Below are positions 56,860-64,000 of a DNA stretch of 64,000 bases, piece after piece. Under the pieces are notes generated by a model. It saw nothing but the letters and a program-made list of their open reading frames with translations. It searched no databases and was not told the DNA's origin. The translations under genes were made by a program, and so were the position numbers. This DNA comes from Candidatus Micrarchaeia archaeon (GTDB lineage Archaea; Micrarchaeota; Micrarchaeia; Anstonellales; J096), in contig JBGQMY010000004.1 of assembly GCA_041500865.1 (NCBI GenBank), positions 10,079-74,078 of the forward strand, given 5' to 3'. Each line of letters begins with the position of its first letter. Positions within the stretch are counted from its first letter, which is position 1.

Positions 56860-57859
56860 TCGCTGCAAGGGCAGAGTCAAAATCAGATTTTTCCACGCTG
56901 CCGAGCCTTGCGCCCATCTTTCCAATCACTTTTGACGCGAAATAGCTGCCCAGCGTCCCGCAGACGTCCAGCCCGTAGCCGTTGCTGAACCCGTAAAGGA
57001 AGCCTGCTGCATACATGTCGCCTGCGCCGGTCGTGTCAACAACGCCGGAAGCGAAGGGAATTATCCTGTAGGTCTCCTTCCCGCTTCTTACGATTGAGCC
57101 CTTTGCCCCGAGCTTGACAACCCCGATTCCTGCAAGGCCGGCGATGAATTCCGCAGCCTTCTCGCCTTCCATCATGGAAAAATGCATGGATTCCGGCTCA
57201 TTCGCGAAAACAATGTCCGCATACTGCTCAACAAGGCTGACAAGGGCGTCCCTGTTCCTTGAGACTATGCCAGGGTCGCCAAGGTCCACGGATATCTTTG
57301 CGCCAGAGCGCTTTGCCTGCTCAATCGCGTATATTGAGACGTCCCGCATGCGCTTGTCTTCCAGCATGTAGCCCTCAACGTGGAAAATACTGCTCCTGCC
57401 GATGTCCCCGACGTTTATGTCGCGCTCCTCCATTGTCGCTGCAGCGCCCGTATAAACGGCAAAGGTCCTTTCCTTGTCCGGCGTTATGAACGTTATTGCA
57501 TAACCGGTCGGGATTGTCTCGTGCCTGCTGAACGTGGCCTTGACCCCGCTCTTGGCTGTTTCGGACTCGTAGATTGCGCCATAGTCGTCTGAACCGACCT
57601 TTCCGGAAAAGGCGGCCCTTCCGCCAAGCACTGAAACCCCGTAAACGGTGTTTGCGCCGCTTCCGCCTGGCGACAAAGCCGACTTAAGGCCTTTAAGGTT
57701 CCTTAGCAGGGACTTTGCCTCCTTCTCGTCCATAAGGTGGAAGTTGCCTTTTTTAAGCCCCAGGTTGGAAAGCTCATCGTCGTCTATCTCAATGAGGATG
57801 TCCATGATGGCGTTGCCTATGCCGGAAACGTCAAACGCCGGTTCAGAATCCATGTTCAT
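56840..57859 (-). CDS. PfkB-family nucleoside (adenosine/inosine) kinase
   Basis: GNAIMD, GGSGAN, ERT, DTTGAGD. Confidence 0.9.
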   Translation of the reverse strand: MNMDSEPAFDVSGIGNAIMDILIEIDDDELSNLGLKKGNFHLMDEKEAKSLLRNLKGLKSALSPGGSGANTVYGVSVLGGRAAFSGKVGSDDYGAIYESETAKSGVKATFSRHETIPTGYAITFITPDKERTFAVYTGAAATMEERDINVGDIGRSSIFHVEGYMLEDKRMRDVSIYAIEQAKRSGAKISVDLGDPGIVSRNRDALVSLVEQYADIVFANEPESMHFSMMEGEKAAEFIAGLAGIGVVKLGAKGSIVRSGKETYRIIPFASGVVDTTGAGDMYAAGFLYGFSNGYGLDVCGTLGSYFASKVIGKMGARLGSVEKSDFDSALAATRMNRT

Positions 57860-59121
57860 GTCCCTTCCTGCCAGCTGTTGAGGTATTTCACCTGCTCATC
57901 CGTAAGCGTGTCTATCTCCGTGCCCATCGCCTCAAGCTGCAGCCTCGCTATCTCGTTGTCCATCTCAGCAGGCAGATAGATGACTACGTTTGAAAGCTTC
58001 CCCCTGTTTTTCACAAGATGCTCGCATGCAAGCACTTGCCCACAGAAGCTTGTAGCCATGACCTCGCTCGGATGGCCTTCGGCGGCAGCCAGGTTGACCA
58101 GCCTGCCTTCAGCGCATAGGTAAATCCTTCTTCCATTAGGCAAGGTAAACTCGTCAAGGAATGGCCTTATCCTCCTTGTTGATTTGGCCATTTTCTTTAG
58201 TCCTTTGACGTCTATCTCAACGTCGAAATGGCCGCTGTTCGCCATTATCGCGCCGTCCCTCATCTGCGTCATGTGCTCTGTCCGTATGACGTTTATGTCC
58301 CCTGTCAATGTACAGAAGATGTCCCCGAGCTTGCATGCGTCCTGCATTTTCATGACCTGGAATCCGTCGTACTTGGCTTTCAGGGCGCACAGATGGTCAA
58401 CTTCCGTCACTATGACGTTTGCCCCAAGGCCTTTTGACCTGAGCGCAAATCCCTTGCCGCAGTCGCCGTATCCAACGACAACCATGTTCTTTCCTGCAAA
58501 CAGTATGTTGGTCGCCCTTATTATGCCGTCAACCGTGCTCTGGCCCGTTCCGTAGTAGTTGTCAAGCATGTGCTTGGTCTTGCTGTCGTTTACCGCAATC
58601 ATGGGGTATTTCAGCGCCTTGTCCCTTTCCATGGCCTTCAGCCTCAGGATTCCGGTCGTTGTTTCTTCGCATCCGCCTATTATGCCTTCAATCAGGTCAG
58701 GGTGCTTGAGGTGAATCTGCGAAACAAGGTCGCAGCCATCGTCAATCGTTATCTGCGGCTTTGACGCTATTACGTATTCAAGGTACCTGTAATAGTCCTC
58801 AACGCTCTCGCCCTTGTAAGCCCATACCTTGACGCCTGCTTCGGCAAGGGCGGCTGCAACGTCGTCCTGCGTTGAAAGCGGGTTGCAGCTGGTTATTGCT
58901 ACATCCGCTCCGCCTGCAGCCAGCGTCTTGACAAGCACGGCAGTCTCCTTTGTCACGTGCAGCGCAAGGCCTATCCTAACGCCCTTGAACGGCTTGTCCT
59001 TTTCCAGCCTTTTCTTGAGTTTGAGCAGCGCGCCCATGTGCGTTTCCGCGAACTCAACGTTCCTTCTTCCCTGCTCAGCCAGCTTGATATCCTTTACCTC
59101 ATAAGTGCTGCCTTTGTCCAT
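57856..59121 (-). CDS. ahcY: Adenosylhomocysteinase
   Basis: SCNPLSTQD, EETTTG, DNYYGTG, GHFDVEID, GRLVNL, GHPSEVM. Confidence 0.97.
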   Translation of the reverse strand: MDKGSTYEVKDIKLAEQGRRNVEFAETHMGALLKLKKRLEKDKPFKGVRIGLALHVTKETAVLVKTLAAGGADVAITSCNPLSTQDDVAAALAEAGVKVWAYKGESVEDYYRYLEYVIASKPQITIDDGCDLVSQIHLKHPDLIEGIIGGCEETTTGILRLKAMERDKALKYPMIAVNDSKTKHMLDNYYGTGQSTVDGIIRATNILFAGKNMVVVGYGDCGKGFALRSKGLGANVIVTEVDHLCALKAKYDGFQVMKMQDACKLGDIFCTLTGDINVIRTEHMTQMRDGAIMANSGHFDVEIDVKGLKKMAKSTRRIRPFLDEFTLPNGRRIYLCAEGRLVNLAAAEGHPSEVMATSFCGQVLACEHLVKNRGKLSNVVIYLPAEMDNEIARLQLEAMGTEIDTLTDEQVKYLNSWQEGT

Positions 59122-59176
59122 GTTGACACCTGTTCCGGTAATGCAAGAATAGGTTTAAAAAAAGGCGTGAAGGCGT

Positions 59177-59806
59177 TCAGGCCAGTATTGACTCAAAAAC
59201 GCCGGGGGTCCTGCGGTTCTGCCGTATCCTTTCCATCTGAGAAAGGGCATATGGCCCGTAGGCGCCGGCCGCATCGCCGAAGCCAAGCGGCTTAAAGGAA
59301 AAGAACGTATTGCACCCTTCCATCGCGGCGATGCACTCGCCATATCCTGAAACCAGCTCTGCCGTGCCCTTGGAGAAATAGCGCTTGTCCATCAGGCCCA
59401 TAAGCGCCCTCATGGCAAGGCTGAAGCTGCCTGCAACCAAGAGATAGTCATCCCTGTACACTGCCGCAACAGTAAGCAGGTTCGCCTGCTTTAGCAGGTA
59501 CATGGCGGTTGAGATGCATGCGATGCTCCTGTTGACAGAATCGGTTTCTGCGTTGCTTAAGGGCATTGGCACCATTGCAAGCGCGTTGAGCCTTGCCTGC
59601 ACCCTGAAGCGCATGTTGACAAGCCAGCACGAGAACAGCGTCTGCTTCAGGTCAATTGCCCTCCGCGGCCGCGAATCCGGGAACTGCTCCGGATAATCGT
59701 CATGGAGCGGCTCGCGGAAAGCTTCGCGGTCGTCATATGGGCTTTTCCTGCATCGCCCGGGCGCAACGCTCCCATTTACGAAAGGGACAGCGCTTACGTT
59801 TGCCAT
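59177..59806 (-). CDS. Hypothetical protein
   Basis: 209-aa ORF with TTTTTTAAA upstream; no motif recognised. Confidence 0.55.
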   Translation of the reverse strand: MANVSAVPFVNGSVAPGRCRKSPYDDREAFREPLHDDYPEQFPDSRPRRAIDLKQTLFSCWLVNMRFRVQARLNALAMVPMPLSNAETDSVNRSIACISTAMYLLKQANLLTVAAVYRDDYLLVAGSFSLAMRALMGLMDKRYFSKGTAELVSGYGECIAAMEGCNTFFSFKPLGFGDAAGAYGPYALSQMERIRQNRRTPGVFESILA

Positions 59807-59891
59807 GGTTTATTATGGTGGATTGGGTTTAAAAAAAGGTATTGGGGCGGATGCTCCGCCCCTGCTTGGCCTCTTTCGTGCCTGCGCTTGC

Positions 59892-60629
59892 TCAGCCTGT
59901 TGGAGCCGCAGTCGGCTGCGCCGGAAGCGTAAACGCGCTGTCATCCACGCCCTTCTCAACAGCCGTTGCCGTTATGGTCATGTTTGAAGCTGACATGGAA
60001 AGCATTATGCCGTCGCTTGAGGAGCAGTAGTCCGCGCTGGATGCTGGGCTGTCCGCCTCTGCTGGCAATGCTATCCTGAAGCATATGGCCGGGATTCCGG
60101 CTATTATGGTTGGGGAAAGCATCTGGACATTATTGTCTGAAACTACTGATTCGTTCAGCGTGCTTGGGGCTGACACCGGGCTTTCCTGCGAAGATGACGC
60201 CATGCAAGTGAAATTGTCCATGCCGGCTATCTTGAAGCTGAAGCAGTTGTATTTCTTGCCGTTAACCGTGAACATCTCGTATGTCATCGTCTCCATGCTC
60301 ATGTCCATCCTTTCATTGTCGCCTTTCACGTATTGGGTATATGTCGTATTGGTTGCAGCCGTCCCATAATTCATCACATATGTGGCCTTGTAATTTTGAT
60401 GCCCCACACCTAAGAAAAGCGCGCCAAGCTGGTCTGCCGGGCTGTTTCCGGGCTGCTGGTTGGACGCGTTTTCAGCCGCATTTGACGCATTGGAGACCAC
60501 CACTATTGGCGTTCCATTTCCTGCTGCCGGTGAGCTGTTGGCCACTGCGGCATTGTTGTTCCCGCCTATGCATCCTGCGAAGAGGACTGTAGTCACTATC
60601 AATGCTAACAATAAGGTTTGTGTTCCCAT
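59892..60629 (-). CDS. Putative lipoprotein, paralog A
   Basis: LFAGC lipobox; TYVMNY, YVKG, DSAFTLP. Confidence 0.75.
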   Translation of the reverse strand: MGTQTLLLALIVTTVLFAGCIGGNNNAAVANSSPAAGNGTPIVVVSNASNAAENASNQQPGNSPADQLGALFLGVGHQNYKATYVMNYGTAATNTTYTQYVKGDNERMDMSMETMTYEMFTVNGKKYNCFSFKIAGMDNFTCMASSSQESPVSAPSTLNESVVSDNNVQMLSPTIIAGIPAICFRIALPAEADSPASSADYCSSSDGIMLSMSASNMTITATAVEKGVDDSAFTLPAQPTAAPTG

Positions 60630-60737
60630 TTTTGCACCTTGCAACGGTGTTGCTGCACAAGGTTTAAAAATAGGCGGAAAACCATCGCGGAGCATCCGGA
60701 AATGGGCATATCCTTGCCATTGCCCATGCCTAAGGGC

Positions 60738-61409
60738 TCACTGCGGATTCGCCGGAAGGGCGAATGCAGAATCAGGGACGCTCCTGTTGAGGCCGGTTAT
60801 GTACATCCTTGAGAAAGGCGACCAGAACTCAAGCGGTATGCCGTCTGCCGAAAAGCAGTACCCGAATTCCACGTCGCTGCCCATTACGCTCGGCTTAAGC
60901 ACGTCAGGCACGTTGGTTGTCCCATCCCTCATGCTGACCTGGAAGCATTTGGCGTTGAGGCCGAATATTGTGCGGTCCGGAAGAGTGCTTACGACATAGG
61001 TGTCTATGTTTGCCTCAAGGCTTGCCGCAAGGTCCGTATCGTCCGTCACGTTGGCCGACGCCAGGCTGCATGTGACGTTTCCGCCAAAAGGCTGGCATGA
61101 GTAGGTGTCGCTGCCAATCTTGAAAATGGATGCTGAAGTGTTTCCGTCAAGGACGTCAACCCTGGCATTTCCCGCCTTCATGTAATAGGTTTCGTTCATC
61201 GTGGAGGAATTCCCGAAAAGGGAATAATTGACCACATACGTTGCCATATATTCTATAGTGTGGCCGCTCCTCAATATGTCCTTCATGTCCTGTATGGCGC
61301 TCAGGCTTGCGGTGTCGTTTGCGCCGCTTTGCTGGGTGGTTGGGCCCGGCGATATGCAGCCTGAAGCCAGCATGGCTGCGCAGAACAGTGCAAATAATAT
61401 AATCCTCAT
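60738..61409 (-). CDS. Putative lipoprotein, paralog B
   Basis: LASGC lipobox; TYVVNY, YMKA, DSAFALP. Confidence 0.75.
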   Translation of the reverse strand: MRIILFALFCAAMLASGCISPGPTTQQSGANDTASLSAIQDMKDILRSGHTIEYMATYVVNYSLFGNSSTMNETYYMKAGNARVDVLDGNTSASIFKIGSDTYSCQPFGGNVTCSLASANVTDDTDLAASLEANIDTYVVSTLPDRTIFGLNAKCFQVSMRDGTTNVPDVLKPSVMGSDVEFGYCFSADGIPLEFWSPFSRMYITGLNRSVPDSAFALPANPQ

Positions 61410-61469
61410 CCAGCATATAACGCGGACAAGGTATTTAAAGGTTAGCGGAAACAATGGTACGGGATTGAA

Positions 61470-62717
61470 ATGCAACGGGTCAAGCTCAAATGGAAAGGGA
61501 CGGAACTGCACGGCATACTTGTGAACGAGGAGAAGGGGCACAAGACCATAAAGCTGGACAGCGGATACAATATCGGGGTCAGCGACAAGGAAATAGAGAA
61601 AATGGAGCTTGGCGAGGCGGTTGACGTTGAGCTTGGCGAGAAAAAAGGCGGGGATGACGGCGACGTCGCGATACTCGGCTGCGGCGGCACGATAGCTTCT
61701 GAAGTGGATTATAACACGGGAGCGGTTTTCCCGCGCATGACGCCCGCGTTCCTGAAGGCGTCGTTTCCTGAACTTAACAACATCTCTTCAATAAAGTCAA
61801 GCATGGTCTTCAACATCTTCAGCGAGGACATGAACGCGTGGCACTGGGCGAAGATGGCCGAAAGCGCATACGAGGAGCTGAAGGACGGCAAGAAAGGCGT
61901 GGTGCTGATGCACGGCACGGACACTATGCATTATTCCGCTGCCGCGCTTGCATTTGCGCTTGAGGGGCTGAATGCGCCCGTCGTTTTCGTAGGCGCTCAA
62001 AGGAGCTCCGACAGGCCAAGCAGCGACAACAAGCTCAATCTGCTGAACGCGGTCTTTTCCGCGACCCAGAACATCGCCGAAGTCGGGATATGCATGCATG
62101 CGACGGTTGACGACTCATTCTGCCATTATCACAGGGGCGTCAAGGCAAGGAAGATGCACACCTCAAGGCGCGACGCATTCAAGAGCATCGGCATGCCGCC
62201 GCTTGCCAAAGTGGACTACAGGGACGGGACGTTTGAGGAGCTGCACCCGTACAGGAAAAGGTCAGGCGGAAGGCCGAAGCTGAGGAACAAGTTCAGCGAC
62301 AATGTCGCGCTGGTTTACGTTTATCCGGGCATAAAGAAGGGGATTATTGCCGGGCTTGGCAAATGCGACGGCGTCGTGCTTGCGGGGACCGGGCTGGGCC
62401 ACATACCCACAAACCCGGGCAAGGACAGGCACGCAACCCCCATCCTGAAGGAGGCAAAGGCGCTCGTTGATTCTGGAATCCCGGTTGTTGTGACGTCCCA
62501 GACCATATACGGAAGGGTGAACCACGACGTATATTCCGCAGGCAGGCTCATACAGGAAGCGGGCCTAATGGGGAACGGCCTGGACATGACGCCTGAAACG
62601 GCATACGTCAAGCTGTGCTGGACGCTTGGCCAGGAGAAGGACGCAAAAAAGGTCAGGAAAATCATGGAAACGAACGTCGCAGGCGAGATTACGGAGCGCT
62701 CGGCGCTTTCCGACTGA
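61470..62717 (+). CDS. gatD: Glu-tRNA(Gln) amidotransferase subunit D
   Basis: KLDSGYNIG, GGTIAS.VDY.TGAV, HGTDT, QRSSDRPSSD, RKMHTSRRDAF. Confidence 0.96.
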   Translation: MQRVKLKWKGTELHGILVNEEKGHKTIKLDSGYNIGVSDKEIEKMELGEAVDVELGEKKGGDDGDVAILGCGGTIASEVDYNTGAVFPRMTPAFLKASFPELNNISSIKSSMVFNIFSEDMNAWHWAKMAESAYEELKDGKKGVVLMHGTDTMHYSAAALAFALEGLNAPVVFVGAQRSSDRPSSDNKLNLLNAVFSATQNIAEVGICMHATVDDSFCHYHRGVKARKMHTSRRDAFKSIGMPPLAKVDYRDGTFEELHPYRKRSGGRPKLRNKFSDNVALVYVYPGIKKGIIAGLGKCDGVVLAGTGLGHIPTNPGKDRHATPILKEAKALVDSGIPVVVTSQTIYGRVNHDVYSAGRLIQEAGLMGNGLDMTPETAYVKLCWTLGQEKDAKKVRKIMETNVAGEITERSALSD

Positions 62718-62760
62718 GCAACCTCAAAAGATTTAAAAAGAATGCTGCAAAACATTGCAT

Positions 62761-63741
62761 ATGCGTTATTTCTTTGTTTTTCTATTATGTTTATTGGCTT
62801 TGTATGGCTGCATCAGTAATGAAAATAATAGCAGCTCAGACTTAATTAAAAATGAAACGTCATCGACTCTTTTGCAGTATCAATCACTAGAAAATAATTC
62901 TCCAAATGAGCTAAACTTAACTAAAAATGAAACCACTGTTGAAGTGCCAGGAAATAATTCATCAAATGAATCAGAACCAAAGAACTGCATATATCAAGGT
63001 ATGACTATTGAACATGGAAGGTGTATTATAGAGGAACAGCCCAAATTTTGTCAAGATGATGGTATAGTTGTGGATAAAGCGAACATATGCGGCTGCGCCA
63101 TAGGTTTTGAGGTGGATCTAAATTCGTCATTGCCAAATATTTCGTGCGTTTCTAAAAAATGCACAGATGGAACAAAAATAGGCAACTGCTCATTAAACAA
63201 ACCCAAGTATTGTCAAGATGACCCCAAAGGAACTGGGGGTGTTAGCTTCATAGATAAGTCTGAGATTTGCGGATGCCCACAAGGTTCTAATTTATATAAA
63301 AATAAATGTGCTAAATTTGGGGAAATAGGCGAAACATTGTCGAATGGCGATGTAGACCTTACTATTAACTCCATAACGTATAATAGTAGTGGAAGATATG
63401 ATACATCAGATAATGCTATAATTAATATGACTATTCATAACTTAAATATTCAAGATGAAGGATATTTTTTCATTAGATTATCAGATCATTTTTGGGTCGA
63501 AACTTCTAATGGAAACCAGTACCCTTCAGACTACTTCTCAAAGACTTGCTGGGATGGCTGCCAGCCTGTTTTGATTGGAGATAGCTGGAACGGACTCATA
63601 TATTATGATATCAGAAATGGAGAAAAACTAAAAACTGTTATTTTCAATAGCGGTTATAGTATAGAATCGAATTTTTATCCACCTTTTAATCGTTCAAATA
63701 TATTAGACAATGGCAAAACTCTGGTTTTTGAAATATCCTAA
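62761..63741 (+). CDS. AT-rich lipoprotein with two Cys-rich repeats and a C-terminal beta domain
   Basis: LYGC lipobox; PK[FY]CQDD...DK..ICGC twice. Confidence 0.75.
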   Translation: MRYFFVFLLCLLALYGCISNENNSSSDLIKNETSSTLLQYQSLENNSPNELNLTKNETTVEVPGNNSSNESEPKNCIYQGMTIEHGRCIIEEQPKFCQDDGIVVDKANICGCAIGFEVDLNSSLPNISCVSKKCTDGTKIGNCSLNKPKYCQDDPKGTGGVSFIDKSEICGCPQGSNLYKNKCAKFGEIGETLSNGDVDLTINSITYNSSGRYDTSDNAIINMTIHNLNIQDEGYFFIRLSDHFWVETSNGNQYPSDYFSKTCWDGCQPVLIGDSWNGLIYYDIRNGEKLKTVIFNSGYSIESNFYPPFNRSNILDNGKTLVFEIS

Positions 63742-63790
63742 AGGCCTTCTTACTCATAAATTAAATTTTCTACTTATAAAAGTGAACTCT

Positions 63791-64000
63791 CCCAGCACTA
63801 AAGTGCTGGGCTTCTCTGCTGATGCGGGATAAACGACGGCATGAACATCTGGCGGCGCTCCTCACTAATGTCCATCGTCCTTGAAAGCTCTTCCGTCTCG
63901 TGGTTTTCGATATAGTGCCTCACTGTTGAGGCTGTTATATTACTGACGGAACGGACGAACTTCCCCGGGCTCCAAAAATGGCCCTTTGGATACCTCAGCC
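63791..64000 (-). mobile_element. tnpA: IS200/IS605-family element: tnpA 3' end (63798 to window end) plus end hairpin
   Basis: Manual translation LRYPKGHFWSPGKFVRSVSNITASTVRHYIENH...SPAL*; hairpin CCCAGCACT-AA-AGTGCTGGG at 63791-63810. Confidence 0.88.

Overview
Archaeal chromosomal window, most consistent with a DPANN (Micrarchaeota-like) genome. This is inferred from archaeal-type ribosomal proteins (eS4, eL32, eL19), Spt5, GatD, SUI1, TTTAAA-type TATA boxes close to start codons, and dense gene packing. The core comprises ftsZ-secE-spt5, the complete uL3...uL15-secY-adk-DUF106 cluster (22.9-37.7 kb), tRNA-Thr(TGT), ino1, pepA, xth, a NOP2/RsmB methylase, sufS/sufU, lemA/DUF2207, a UbiA prenyltransferase, ahcY with a PfkB kinase and an amidohydrolase, gatD, a RelE-type TA pair, and the 3' end of an IS200 at the right edge. 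Main non-routine signals: (1) eleven ankyrin-repeat genes, eight of them in one array, most with their own copy of a shared promoter motif, a basic N-terminal leader and (9 of 11) a conserved terminal F-x3-F-x2-C motif; (2) two unannotated lysine-rich microprotein ORFs, one ending in the same AKKKGKKKR as a basic repeat protein elsewhere in the window; (3) a membrane-anchored lytic-transglycosylase-like protein that shares a 32-bp promoter with its neighbour; (4) a box C/D sRNA missing from the ORF track; (5) a polytopic-membrane CDC48-like double AAA ATPase. All product calls come from motif recognition by eye; no database searches were run.
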